A stretch of DNA of 64,000 bases, from NCBI GenBank assembly GCA_025786725.1, contig JAHLTZ010000027.1, positions 310,001 through 374,000 of the forward strand. The letters are read 5' to 3'. Made by a program: the position numbers and the translations under genes. Positions 26,676-41,500 of this stretch are shown in pieces; position 1 is the first letter of the stretch; every line of letters starts with the position of its first letter. The stretch comes from Syncephalis fuscata S228. Taxonomy: Eukaryota > Fungi > Zoopagomycota. The notes under the pieces are model-generated. The model did not search any database. It was given only the letters and a program-made list of their open reading frames with translations, and had not been told where the DNA came from.

Positions 26676-29600
26676 TCAACTATAGCAGTGCATGCTTAAT
26701 CCCCTGAGCAAAGGTTCAGTTCTGCTTGTGGAAAGCCAGAGTGGATGCACGAATGCATTTATGTATTTGAGGTATAATCGTCTAAAATTGGCGATAAAGT
26801 CGTTTTCGCTATTTCCATTTCCTACTCGCCTATATACCCTGTCATTTCCCTAGCGTTTCTTTGTTTAATTTCCAGCGTATCATCCTTCCACCTTTAATTA
26901 TTATACTTGTTTACTGCTATCTGCTTGTAGATCTACGTGTATCCGTGCTATTAAAGGTTCTACACGTCTCTTCGCTAATTATAGATAGTAAATATATACT
27001 TGGTAAGTGCTTAAAAGTAGTATTAGTATTAGTATCAATAGTGGTAGTGGGACAGTGCGTTGAGTAGTAACAAGCAGTTCATACTACACTATTGTCTATG
27101 TTAGTGTTTGTTTTTTATTATATTTACGTTTAGCGTTTGTTTTATATATTGTAGATTGCATTTAATACCATTTGCTTATTGTTTTAAAGGGCATAGTTAT
27201 AGGTAATGCCAATAAGTATTCACTTGTTGCTGAATTCGATGTACATGATCGTTAATGTGCACACCAATGCAAATGTACTCTTTTTGAAACTGAAATGTGT
27301 GTGACGCATATTCTTTTAATAATAGCGTTAAAATTTATATTGCGGTGATTAATGGTTAATTAAATGGTAGCGGTAATAGAACTATGACACTGTAAACGAC
27401 AATAGTGCCTAGTTCTCAACTATTTGCAATTCTATTTTTAATTTGTGTTTTGTGTTCCAATATTCTACCTTCTTTTATTTCTTCTATCGTCTCCTCGTTC
27501 TTTTTACAATGATATGGCTATGTTTTAAAGTGATGCTATATTGAGGCATGTGAAAAAAAATTGGTTCTTGCCTATTTGTATCATAATCGATAGTTATTTA
27601 ATGGCTTTTGTGGTGTAGCCATATAACGGAGTGAGAGAACACAAGCGCCCATTGTGCTGCGCCATGTTTTCAAGGCTAGAAGAAGTTTCAGTTTTTATTT
27701 TCATTCATGAGCTGTACAACCTGCCTATTGCGTCGGAGTACCGTCTTGGCAATGACTTGAAGAAATTACCTGGCGATAGCCTCGAGTATTAGTAACGCAC
27801 TGGCCAATTGGTTCATGCTTTTTGTAATTATTATAATTATTATGCTATTTTTGCTACCAGCATTGTGGTTACTTTTATGCAATCATTAGCGTATTCTTAA
27901 TCAAAAAGCTGATTTCAATTTATTTTTTAATTTATGAGATTAATTTGCGTTGTATTTCGGAGGTGGCAAATAACGCAGTGCACTGGTGAGTGCAATATGT
28001 TGGAACTGTAGCGATTCCAATGCACTCCATGTTTCACGAGTCAATTCGAAAATGTGCTTTGGAGCTCTGCAATGACTGTTCATACCATGTAGAAGCAAGC
28101 GGTGGCATGGGAGGAAGAAAAAACATCAGATGGGTCTCGGCTTTGTGACGCCACGTTGTCGCGGCCCACTGGCTGGCGCCATGAATGCGTTATGTGGCAT
28201 GCTCTATTTCTACCTAATATAACTGGTTTATCTGCAACTATGGGTGCGGTGTGGGCGCGGTGTGTCCTTCAAGCATTTAGAATGGCTGTATATAGTTTCT
28301 ATTTGGTTGGCCATACAGGTTCTTTTTCGTTTGTCGCACCAAAGGCAAAAACGACACGCATTCACCTGATGAATTGGCCGCTTCTTAATGATTCCGGCCC
28401 CAATGCTCATGATAGATTGGTGCATGTTGTGTTGTCATGCTGCAGCGTCCAACGCGACTCTCAGTCCATCAGCAACACTAACTAGCTAGCTAGCTAGTTA
28501 GCCAGTTGGCTATACAAAGCACTGATTACCTTGCTAGTTGTATAAAATTACTGTGTAGACTATGTTGGTAAGGTCAATGAACTACGGGCCAGACCCTTGC
28601 CAGGTGCATGTTTTTATGGCCCGTGTTGCTTTCAGAGCTTTTATGGCTGCGCCTGCTCGTTGAGCATCCCGTTTTGGTTGGGATACCATGATCGTTGGTG
28701 CTTTTCGGTAAAGCATGATATTGCGATCCGCCTCGCATATTAACTTATCACATCAGCTAATTGATGCCTTTTCATCGTTTGCGCCCATCTTATGGGATAA
28801 ATTCCATGTGATTGCTACGCGAAAGTTACCCCCATTTGGTCGTTTGCCATTTGTAGGCTTGTACAAACGTCTTGTAAATGATTGCAAATAATTCACGTAT
28901 CATTGGTATACCATTCTTTAATATGCTGTAGCGGTAATATAATTTTCCTTACTTTTTTTCTGTAAGAACTGGTAGGTTATGGCATGGCGATCCATTGCCA
29001 TGCTTATAATCCATTAGTAAAAGTACATGCATGAATATGCGGCTAAAATACTTTTTGGCCTTTTTGCCTCTTTGTTATATCCTATCAGGCTAACTATTAG
29101 ATGAAAACAACGTTATCAAATACGTATGAACATGGATCGTTTATTGATACACGTATGTGTGTACGTGCGCACTGTTGAGCATTGATCTTTACATGTATTC
29201 ACATGATTTTTGGCTGACATTTCATTTACCTTAGTCGCCTCACTATCTACTTAGCCTATTTTAATATCGTGTATCTATAACAACTTGTAAACGTTTTGCA
29301 CGTGTGTTGTGTAATCAGCAAAATTAATTAGCCATTATCTGGCAGGTTGTTCTTAGCCAAACCTGTTGCTATTTTATGTAGGCCTTCTTAGACATTTTAA
29401 TTTCTCTACGTTTTTCTTTTTGTCATTTTCGTGTGTGGCTTGCATGCACGGTACAGCCGACTCCTACACGCGCTGGCCTTGCACTTTGTGTCGGCCTAGT
29501 ATTGTTATCTGGCGACGTGTATCGCGTAAAGTCGCACGTGTCCTTTTAAAAGGATACACCATCAGCGGCAGCATCATCGGTCTTTCGTTTTCCGTTCCTC

Positions 29601-31246
29601 TTTTTCTTTGACTTCGCTTTTAACCTTATCACCAACGCCGCTTTACCGCTCTTTGTTCTTTTCAACCACGCGACCCCTTCTATCTATACTAGTAGCTTGC
29701 AACCGACTGATATTTTGTTTTATCATCTCAGTGACCGGTACCTACTTGTGCGCTATTGCTCCGACGCAAATAGAGTGTCGGCAAGTTTTTTATTTGTTTG
29801 CTCCTATTGTATACGCCAATAGCGAGACTCTGTATTCAACGACTACTATTATTATTACATCTATCATAGTACGTTTACGTCGCGTTTGCACAAAGCCTTT
29901 ATCGGCAATAATAGCCGCAGACTTTTGTGTATTTTAGCGATTGGTTAGTGCTGACTGGGTCTGTGCGGTATAAAGCACACGCCGGCTTTGCCGCTAGTAG
30001 TTCATTTCTATTGCCCTTTGTAAGCTGTATCAATACACTGCACTTACAATTTTAATTAAGCAATTGAATCGAGCTATAATACAATTTCTTTAGCCTGGAG
30101 CTTTAGAGTATACTATTATTATTATTTCTATTTCTTTTTATTTTAAAATCCATTTACTGTTTTTATTCGCAACGGATTATTGGTATGTTTATGAATTAAT
30201 TCGCTATGATTAATATTATTACAATATTGATGATATTATTAATAATATCAATTTTATTAATAATAATTAGTGATTATTACTGATTTTATTGCTGGTATTA
30301 GTAACACTATTGCTAGTACTAATATTATTAATATCTATTATTGATGTTAGTGCTGATATTAATGATCATTATTTTTACTTTTTGGATTAATCGCGCTTTT
30401 TTAACATAATATAATCATTTATAATGTAAAATATAAACTAATGATTTGTTTAATTTGTTTAATTAGATTTAAGAAGCATTATTACACTTGCAGCTTTGAC
30501 AATTATAATTAAACTAATTGCTTGGTTCATCCTAATATAATTGAACTATCAATCACTGAATATATCGTGCTTTATCGCGGTATAATCTACTGGTCCCTTT
30601 GTGCCAGTATTTTATTAGTATTATATTCCTAATATATAATATTAATAGTTATTAGGTGAGTAGATACACGTATTAGGGGAGTCTATTAGACAATGCATGA
30701 CTATGCGCCTTTGTCTCTTTGCTTTGTTCAATGGCATAAATTCACCTTTGAACCCATACTTTATTTGCAATTGAGTTTCAGATTACAAATGCTGCTAAAC
30801 ATTTTCCCCTACTCAATCATATCATGATATGAGTCAAATGTGGGAACCTAATAGCGGAGATTTGCTAATTTAGATGCATTGATTACGTCGACATATTGCA
30901 CCCATGTGACAAAAAATTACATTTATTATTATTATTACACTGTGATTCTGGTAATTCTGGTGATTAGTATTGCTATTGTTGTGATAAATAGCACTTGATG
31001 ATCACAGCCATTGTTCTCCTTCTTTCCTATCTACCAGAATGAATTGAACCCATTGTAAGTTTCATGATATGCATTACAACCGCCGTATTGGGAATTGCTG
31101 GACAGTCATCACGCCGGTGCATCATCTATTTTTACAGCTCACATATGCAGCCTTCCAGCACACTGCATCTTTATCAACGCACCTTCTGGGCACTCATTTT
31201 CTGCCACGCTGCGCCAATACAAATCATGACACTCTCTCCTTCTACA

Positions 31247-31270
31247 TGTGTGTGTGTGTGTGTGTGTGTG
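31247..31270. repeat. (TG)n microsatellite
   Basis: Direct inspection. Confidence 0.9.
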
Positions 31271-33449
31271 GAGGGGGGGGAGGGGTATAAGCACTGTTGG
31301 TTGGTTTTAACTACAAGTTTGTATTAAGATGCACTTTATGACAACGTCGCTCGGCATTATTTATTTATTTGCCCATCCTACACAGATGACCAGCGATTAA
31401 TGATAACTGTACATTGATCGAGCGAATTACATTTAATTCTTGTACGTCATATTTATGACGATGATGATAATGATGATGGCGATGATTAGAGAATGAGTCA
31501 AAGAAAAACCAGAGATTTATAATTAGTTACGACTTGAAGCTAGTCGATAATGTGGGGAATAGCCAAGTTGAAGCAGTGGCCACCCAGTTTCTACTTTACT
31601 TGCTTGTTCACACTCCTTCTTGCTTTCTTTTGACTCCTTTCTTTCTTTCTTTGCATATTTCCTGATTTGAAAAAATCATTTGTTACATTTGTACCTCTAA
31701 CAACCAGCAACACCTTTTTGGACTGGCGGAGTCTTGCTCAAATAGCTGATTAGAGAAGTTCCATGTGTGTCGCAAGGATTGCCTTTTTTCCACCAATCAA
31801 GGCAATTACTATACACATTGGCATGGACTGCACGCACCTTCACACACATACAAAAACACACACACAGAGTGAGAGAGTGAGAGAGTGAGAGGAGAGACAG
31901 AACAAATAGAGAAAATAACGCTTACTTTGCTTCTATCTCTCGCTTACTTCTCGTCTTTATTCTCTTTATTCGTTTGTTCGTTTGTTCGTTCATACATTTG
32001 CTCGTTTCGTATTGACACACATCTACCAAATAACGAGGAATTATAGCCCACGTTTCTTTTACGGCCTCGTCGTCATCGTGGCTAGCATTACCGCTATTAC
32101 TGTGTGGCAATTGTTTTATATCTAGTCCTTATTCTACATTATTCTCTACAGCTGTATAGTGGGTGTTTTGGCTTTTTTGAGTGCTACGTCGCCTTTATTC
32201 TTTATATATACCTATAGTTTACTTGTCACGGTTGCGCTAGCACACGTGTGTTTTGTCCAAGCACCTTTCAATTACTTGGCCAGGTTTAACTTGATTTTCA
32301 CTTACTATAACACACCACAACAGATACTAATCTGCTTGACTCTACTCACTCTCACTCGTTCACACTTACTTGTCCACGCTTTACTTCCTCCCCTCCACCT
32401 ATTGCACTTGCACTTTTCTTCTCTCTTTCCTCTCTCGCTCTCTCTCGCTCTCTCCACTCACGCTTGACCTGTGCGTTTTTTGCCTTTAATATTTAACGCC
32501 TTTCCATGCTAAAAGGCACTTAATCATCAATCATCAGTTAAAGCAGTCAACGATATAGCATTTGGCTTGAGCGGCAATAGTACTCACTTAATAGGCAGGT
32601 GTTTATTATTAATATGTACTTTATGATGGGCGATGAGCTATAATGGTCATATTACCAATAGTCATATTAGTCATATATTAGTCATATATTAGTCATAACA
32701 GTATTAGAAGTACTAGTAACAGTAATGCGAGTACCATTGGTCATCGTATTTATTATAGTCTAATATATTAATACTACTATTTGCAATGGCTACTATCATG
32801 TGGGGCAAAAGTGGCCTAATATAAGAGTGTTGCTATTAATGTAGAGTTAAGGATGGGCAAATGATTTAAACGTGTCTATTTCTTAGACAGAAAGTGACTT
32901 GTTTGATAGAAATAACTAATCATAATAACACTAACCATTATAATAATGAGACTAATAACATTAATATTAATGGCTTCAATGTTATTTATTATTATGTGTA
33001 ATGATGGTTTGAATACCGGAAATACTACATAATCGAACTGGTTTTCACCGGTTATTGACTAATTGATTGGTTCATTGATTGATTTATCGGACACGAGATG
33101 CATGTACCATTTAATAGGCTATAGACTAACCGTGATTTTATATTGTATATTATCTATTATCTATTATATAGGAGTTGGCTTTCAATTAATACGATAGTTA
33201 ATTTGTCAGTTGCTTTTTACTATTGTGTAATAACCAGACAAAATACTGCGATTTATCGATTGGTTTTATTGTTGGGTAAGTGGCGTGTAAATAGTTTAAT
33301 AGTTACTAATTATAGTGTTATATATGACTATTTAACACGGAAACAATAGACGAAATATACTATTTAGTAGAATATAGTTATTTGGTTTGTTTATATAAAA
33401 CTGCGCGTATTTAGCTCGTACAGCAACGCGTCAGTTTAAAACTTACTGA

Positions 33450-36262
33450 ATGACGCAATCACGACGTGCTGCGGGCGACCCCACTAGCAGCAATTCCTAT
33501 TCATTTCCAAGCTGTGTTAATGGTGGTGTTGATAATAACGGGCCAGCAGCATACAGCCCACTTACTATTGACACACATCTAAAAGGGCATAATCAGGCAA
33601 AGATGCAGGACACACCGGCCACCTCAATGTCACCTACAGAAAATCGTCATATGTCTTCGTCGGATAAAATAGCACAGCAACGTAATTTACGGGATCAACC
33701 GCGTGCGTTGGATGACTCTGTTGTAGGTATGATGTCACCGGTTAGTCCGGCCACATTTGAGTCATTTGAAAGATATATGTCGCAAATGACAAAGCATTCA
33801 TCGGGTGATCGTGTTGAATCGGCACTGCCCACACGACAGCGTTCAATAAGTGACGCACATAATACGGCCGATAGCTTGGCGTCGATTAAGGATGCACTAG
33901 ACCAAATATTAGTAGAACGCCAGTTTGAACGCAAATCAAGCATTCGTTTGCCGGCCAATGATGCATATATTCGACGTGAATGCCAGGCAAAGTATACACG
34001 TGGTGGCGATATGGCCCCTATAACTACTCGGTTAGAGCGTGGCAAAACATTTACGCTAGGCTCTAGCAATAGTAGCACATATCCGCTATACAATAGCCAT
34101 ACGGATATGGCAAATGGCACACCTGGTTTACGTACGCAAAAGTCGCAACTTGGAGCGGGCTTAGCGAACACCAATGGTAATATAAGTCGCAGTAATCGAA
34201 ATAGCGCCAATTCAATGCATTCATTAGATTTGGACTCGGCAATGGCAGCAGCAGCAGCATTGGCAGCCGGACATGGTGTTCAGTCCCAGCCACTATCCTC
34301 GCCAACGAGCTTAAACGACAACTATAGCGTCAATAGTCCAATGATGCCCGAAGAGTTACGTCGCCAAAAGCCAGATCGCTATCGATCAGGCCAGTCTAAT
34401 GACAGCGACGCAAACCGTCATCGTCGTGGCCAACCTGGCTCAAAGAATGCATCACAGGATCATATTATGTCGCAAATGTATAATGAGCAACGACGTCCCT
34501 CTATGGGCAGTTTATTTGCACAAGATACAGATGCAAATCGAATGAGTACCATCAATACGGCATACGACTCGTTATCAGACAATGATGGCTACATTTCGAA
34601 CCAATATAATACTATAGATGCATCATTGCGTAAATCTTACGAGGAAAATAACGGCAGCTTTACTTCGCCTAATAGTAATCCTAATGCACAACGGCCCAGA
34701 ATACTGCATCGACATGCATCTTCAGGCGGTAGTGGCTCAAGCCATCCTCTGAATAGTAACAACAATATGCCACTTACCAGTTCAAATGTACCTGCCACAT
34801 TATGAATTTACCACCACCCATGGCACCTACTGTGGCCGATGTTACACCGATGGCCAGTATGAACGGATTTCTAGCCACCTTCTATCTTGGTACACGCATT
34901 TTCAATAAGAAGACGTGGAAATCACGCTACTACATACTTAGTGGGCATGTGCTCTACCGATTCAAGAATTGTGAACTTGATAGCGTTGTCACCGATATGA
35001 TGAAGTTGACGCCATCGAGCGTGGTATGTGTTAGCGATGAATTTCCTGGCAAACAGTTTTGTATTGAAATATCGGGTGCCGTCTCTCCGGTTACACTATC
35101 CGGTGGTCTAGGTATTGGTGCTGGCACTAGTGTATTCGGCATTAATAGCAATGCCAATGGCTCCAACACGGCAGTAGGCAACTATAACGCATCAAACAGC
35201 TCGGCACCTACAGTTTGGGAGGCTAAACGTTGGTGTGTGCAAGCAGCCAATCCTACCGAGCTTAGTGACTGGCTAGCCAAGTTAAAGGCAGCTGTTGTAC
35301 GAGCTAAATATGCCACTCGTGCACTGCCCAATCCACCAGGTAGTCAGCCACCGCATACAATACCCAACAGTGTGCATATACTCGGTACTAGCGCTATGAA
35401 TGGCATGACATCTGGCCGTCCTAATATTATCTCGTCAGTCTCGCAACCATTGCCTGTAGGTCATGGCAATCGTCCATTGGCCGATCCAACAATACCTACA
35501 ACAACAACACCGTTATATAGTCACAATAATAGTAATAGCACGAGTAGCAGCATTAGCAGTGGCAATCCGATTCGCCGTGCTTCAGAAACTGCCGCTATGG
35601 CCTCTAGTCATAGCAAAATACCTAATGGTACTCGTTCAACTAAGAGTAAATCAATGCTGGCTTCCATGACGGCATTGCGTATTGGTATACCGCCACCGCC
35701 ACCGCCACCACCGCCATCTGGTGCATCAACCGCCACTTTTGTAAATACTGCTGCATTGCGTCGCAGCGCAGGCTTTGCACCTTTTGAGGAGACACCCGGT
35801 GAAGAACAGCCGCCTAATAGCGCACCTCATCGACGGGCCAATGATGGCTTTTTTCCGGATGTGGGCAGTCCAACATCGATGAATTTTCCCTTTCGTCGTG
35901 CCCATTCCGACCAAAGCCAAGTAAACTATCATCCACCCGCACAGCCAGCCTATTCGAACCAACGCCCCTCCGACCCGTCAGATACACGACGTGGACCGGC
36001 ATCGGCGCCTGGCCATACGCTGACGAATAGCGGCAGTTTTACTTATGGTAGCAGTCATCATCAGCACCATCCTAGTAATGGTAGTGGTATTAGCGGCAAT
36101 GGTGGTAATGGTACCAATAGTGTACGCAACTCCAATCAATCCTCCGCATCTTCATCGCCCAAGAGCAGTGCTGTCATTTCGCCGTCGAGTCCAATTTATA
36201 ATCGCCGGCCTAGTTTAGCACCAGTACATGAAGATTCGCCGTCCAAGTCATTGTCCAACTGA
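33450..36262 (+). CDS. PH-domain protein with long disordered regions and a polyproline tract (split by a frameshift at about 34802)
   Basis: GFL...KKTWKSRYYILSGHVLYRFK...FCIEI...ELSDWLAKLKAA is a PH-fold signature; PPPPPPPPP tract. The two ORFs overlap at ATGA. Confidence 0.75.
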
Positions 36263-37161
36263 AAGCATACGGGCTTTTATTTCTATTAATGAAAAAGAAG
36301 AATATCCACGAGTAATAATAATACATTCTCTTTTCTTTTCTTTATTTCTTTAATAAGCTGCCTATTTACTCTCTCTCTCTCTATTCTATTCTATTCTATC
36401 CCATCTCTCTTTGTTCTATCGCAGTGGTTATTCTCGTTTGCCGTGGCCATCATTATTATGATACCGTAGCACTAAATGACCATTCTATTTGTACGCTCTT
36501 TAGCGTTTTCTCGTCCTGCTTTTTTTTCTTCCTATTTTCCACTCACACTCTCACCCACCACTAGTGTTTGGTTACGGTTGGGTCCTTTTTGACCATCACC
36601 ATCATAGTGACGTGTTATTTCAGCGTAATTTTTGTTGAAATACGTCGTTATGTATACACCGGTAGCCGTTTTGTCTGTTAACCAGGCGAATTATTATGTG
36701 TCATTATACTGCATCTTTGCTTTCTTTTAAAACCTTGCTTTTTAGCTTGGCGCCATCATGTATGTCTTTTGCGCGCTACAAGCAAGTTCTCTTGCATATT
36801 TAGTGCGATTTCTACACTCTCAATAAATTTGTTTAAGAATTATATAAGCTGCTAATAAATACTAATAGCAATGATAATCATAAATTAGTTATTATTGTTA
36901 AACTGCTGCAATACTTGGCGTGTTACACATACATTATTAGTTGACATATTTGCTTACATTCAATTAGCCAATCACATGGCCTAATTGCAGACAATATCGT
37001 AAATAGTACCAACATTATCTGATCTACCAATTATATAATTTAATATTAACCATCATTTTCATTTGTTTATTATTATAATATAAATACATAATGATAGTAA
37101 TAATAGCGATGATTTTTATTTTATTTTATAAAAACAATAATAATAGTAACAATAGGATTAA

Positions 37162-39232
37162 TTAATGATACTGTGTAGCTTTTAAAAATGTTAATACACG
37201 CGTATGCATTTGTTGTTCATTATGATCAGGTAAACCAGTTTCTGGTAAAGACGCTAATAAAAATGTTTGATCTCGATCACTATTGCTATTGCTATTATCA
37301 GAAATGCTAGACTTTGATTTTAACGTGGATCGATACATTTGTGCTAGCTGTTTAGCTCGTGCCGGTCGTTTGAACGGATTGACGACAAAGTAGACAAGTC
37401 GTGTTTCTAGACATTCATCAATCCAGTCGAGACACTGAGCAAGCCATTGACGTATCATAAACTTTATACTAGATGTGGGTTGCCATGGTAAAGGTTGTTG
37501 CTCGAGTCGACATTCAATGGCTGCCTTGTTAAACAAGTCGGTAAATTTGGCCAAATGCTGATACTGCACTGTTTTATCTGACTCGACCATTGACCAGCCA
37601 CCCGTAGCATAGGTCGTTAATAGTGCTTCATCGACACTCGACTGCATTACAAGCTGTGTGTATAAATCATAATTATTTAGCTGTACAATGATGGTTTGCG
37701 GCGATTCAGTTATAACATATCGACTTTCTGAATGAGGTAGGATAATAGCATCAGCTGGTGAGCATGGCGCTCGAATAGAAACGGTCCAGCGTGAATTGGA
37801 CATACGTGATATATCACTTAAGCGCGTATCTAACCATTGATGAACTGCATCCATACAATCGCTAATAATAAATCACAAAAAACTAATATTAGTAAAATAA
37901 ATATAGTATTACAAATAACCTACCGCTCAAAGCTTGAAGGGGCAGTGCTGCAACAGAAGAGACCATTGGATTAGGACGAGCATAAATGGGCAAGTAATGA
38001 CGATAGGCCAATCTCCATGCTTCGTACAAAATACGTGGCATTGTAAGGAAAATGTCCAGTGGATGCGTTATTACCAAGTAGGCAAGAACACGTTCATCCA
38101 ATAGGTAGGCAGGTCCCGCTACATCTGCGGCCAATTTAGCACTTGGCTGACTTGTTGTATTGGTCTCATTTGACGGCTCAGTATTTTTATTAGCAGCAGC
38201 GTAAACTGGACATACTGTTGCCGATCGATTCATAACAACACGTGCATTAATATAACTATTGGCACGGGTATCAATGCCATGTATTTCGTAGAATCCATTA
38301 CGTGGATTAAATGGTGAGACGTGAAATTCACGCGGCGTTTCAAAACAAAATTCAAATCTATAAAATATTAAATATTGATCGGTTAATTAGTTAATTAATC
38401 AAAGTTTACGAAAAAGAGTTATTATACAGTCACACTCGCTATCGACACCTACCCTTTTCGTTGATCGGCCAATTGGTCGCGTTCGAGGTCAAAAGCGTAT
38501 AAATGGGTTTCACCAAACGTGTTATGTACCTCAATGGCGAACACCCGGAGTCGTTCCGACAAACCGTTGGCCACTGGTGCTTCTATCGGCTCGTAGCAAT
38601 AATAGAAGGAGGCCGGATTCATCGCATAGCCAAAAAGCCGTGGCGTTGTAACCAACTCAACACGCTCAAGGCTATCAGTTTGAATGTTCTAAGAAAACCA
38701 GGTTAATTATAATGCCTGTTGATGCACGTGAAAATTAACTTACACGTTCCTGTAACCGATAAAATAGCTTTTGTTTTAGTGTGGGACGCGTTATATTTTC
38801 TATCGGCAATGCATCGCAAGGCAGTTCGCCCAAATAGTCGCGAGAGCAAAGCGATAAAGGGCGCCACCACTGTGATACGATGCTATCGTAGGCAAACCAC
38901 CAAGGCAGACGACTATGAGTAACACCGGGCCGAGCCACAGATAATTCTCGGTCCGCACGACCCATCTCGAGTGCATCAAGGTCCAATCCGAAATAGAAAA
39001 AGCGATAAGCAAACGAATGTAAAATAGGTTCAAACCGAGTATGGCGTGTCTTTACGACATAGATACGATGTGGCGATGATCCATGTGCCGTGTCTGCCGT
39101 GGCCGGTCGAAGCAAGGCCGGTGCAGTATATTGGAGTAAAGTGGATAGCAAGCAATAAACGCTACCACCCAGTAAAATGACCAGTAAAATAGTCGATATT
39201 AAACTAGATGGTGCTATTTGCTCGGTATCCAT
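37162..39232 (-). CDS. DUF1365 family protein (UfaO-like) with N-terminal TM helix and C-terminal extension, 4 exons
   Basis: HTRFEPILHSFAYRFFY, PRLFGYAMNPASFYYCY, EVHNTFGETHLY, FHVSPFN and PRILYEAWRL are DUF1365 motifs. Confidence 0.9.
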
Positions 39233-41500
39233 CCTTGCAATGAGATGAAGTGTACTTGGCCAACAATATAATGTTTTAAGCGGGTCAAATATAAGTTAAA
39301 ATAATAACAGTAATAAAAATAAAACCAATAAAAAGGAAAAAGCGAATTCGCCGTCTAATAAGCCGAGACCAAATAAACGATACAATGTCACAGAAACAGC
39401 TACCTACTCAATTCATTGGTCTTAAGTCACAGTAATGTTTTATTGGTGCGAATAAGATTGTGATGGGGGAAATGCAGTTAACGCCGTAACTCACTAAACT
39501 AATCTGCTGCATTACAGAGCAACAGCTGCCTTGTAAATATCATTGTGTAACAATATCTAACAGCCGCCGTTTCTCGTATTCGCTGTTCAACTACACTTTC
39601 CCCTATGGATGGCCCCAGTTTACCAGATAACAGCAACAGCACCATCGCCATTCGAATAGGCCTGGATCGCGGCATTAGACGGCTAATATTTTCGGCAGTT
39701 AAGCTTGCTAGAACAAGTACACTTTGGTAGTAGGACGGTCCGACGGACCAATGACTGATGGATGGAAAAAGACATACAGATTCGTAAATATACGCAGTAG
39801 TATGTGCACAAACTGTGTGCAAATGACACAGTAAACAATAAAACTGGAATTTACTAAACCAATCAATGTGTGGAATTATATTTTGCCGATTCAGAAATTC
39901 AGCGTAATAGCTGTTACAATAATAATATGTAGCAATTGTATGGCGGCATGGTTCTTTCCGGTTATACTGCATATTATTGCGGGAGAATTGCTCAAGTTGG
40001 CAAGCGTTTTGCTGCAACGGCGATAGCAATGATCATTGCTGTTGTTACTCGACCGCTATGGCTTGTGATGGAAGCAGCCTGCTGCAATGGCCGATGACTG
40101 ACAAATGACCACAAAGGGCACAGCTATGCAATGAACGAGTTTAATGCAGTATTATTTCGTAATTAATATCAATACTGTATTGCCGTCTGCCGTGAAACAA
40201 AGAAACTATTCATTTCTCAATACACAAACAATAGCAACTGCTGGTGTAACACGTCCGCATAGGAGTCAAGCAATTAATTGCACCGATACATCTTGTGATG
40301 AGCAAAAATTAACATATTGCTGACTCAGTAATAGCAATGTATATTAAAAATAGCCGATTATGTTGTTGGTTATTTTTACCGAACGTCTAGATGATCGACA
40401 AGCATCGATTAAAATGCATCAACATAATCAGATGACTTTGCACATCATTGTTTACTAATGCAAGTTTATTCATTTGTCGTATTATGTTGTACCAAGTAGC
40501 TGGTATGATGTCATTTACAACATATGATTCATTCTACCAACGCCTGATTGTTGTTGTTGCTCTTTGTTGTTGTTGTTGACGATGCATCAACAAGGATTTG
40601 CAGCTCATCTTGAACAATGGCCATCTTCTATTGCAGGATAAAGTGTAATCCCTGACTAGAAATTCACTCATGCATAAGGTACCAAAGGGGAACTAGATAG
40701 AAAATCTTTGCATATGGCGCATGTTTGTATACTTGTGTTATCAATTAAACATTGATTTCTTCGATGTAAACTGAATTTAATTCAATAAACTTTACTGTTG
40801 TAGTGTATCATCTATGCGTGTCTATGTGTATGTTATTTTCTTAAAATGTAAATGGCAATCTACATCAACGTGACGCTGTTTTGGGCAAATTCCCTTTTTT
40901 AGATTTTGAAAACAACTCGTATCTGCAATCACATTTCACAAATACCAGAAATATCATTTGCTTTATCTGAACACAATGGTCCTCGTGTGGGATGCGTTGT
41001 AGGTGCAAGCAGTCAAGTGCATAGCGTGCTCATAATTGCCAACATCGGCAGCTTAGCTTACAACATTTGTAAAGTTTGATCACAAGATCAGTACACAAGC
41101 CTTGAACTCAAAGCCATCCGGACCGTAAAGAACAGGTAGGGCGTCTTGTAGGACCGTGCTCCTTTGGAAACATCTTGTTACAGTCAGTTGTACGATTTAT
41201 TATAGCAAGCGGTGCTTGACGTATCCGGCCAAAAGCTGTCTATTCCAGGAGATGCACGCGCGCATGCACGTGCTGGGCTGTTGTTCGGCAAGTTATCGGC
41301 CTATATCGATGCTACCAGTCGGCCCGCCTCTGCATACTGGTAGTTTTAGGCTCCGCATACGCAGAGGCTCAACTACATAAGACTTGCCAAATACCCGGAC
41401 TTATTCTGATTATCCGTTTTCTAGTATAATCTCCCTCTATTAAACTGTCTTATCTACCTAAGATATTGACCATTATTATCAAAAATTCTACTTAGCCACC

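Noticed and set aside
32661-32697. Short tandem repeat (agtcatatatt)n considered as CRISPR-like
   Set aside because: No unique spacers and a eukaryotic context; it is a simple minisatellite.
33695-34210. Antisense ORFs over real genes (also 653-1003, 17771-18222, 53822-54478, 57349-62308)
   Set aside because: Shadow ORFs of coding strands with no independent evidence.
34802-34805. ATGA stop-start overlap suggesting translational coupling or a bicistronic mRNA
   Set aside because: A similar overlap at 15952-15955 is explained by a homopolymer indel within one permease gene, and the window has many indels, so a frameshift error is more parsimonious.
39499-40029. 176-aa ORF between DUF1365 and the Cfa-like gene as a possible fifth cluster gene (e.g. 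DUF1295)
   Set aside because: Non-ATG start, no recognisable motifs and no DUF1295 signature; likely spurious.
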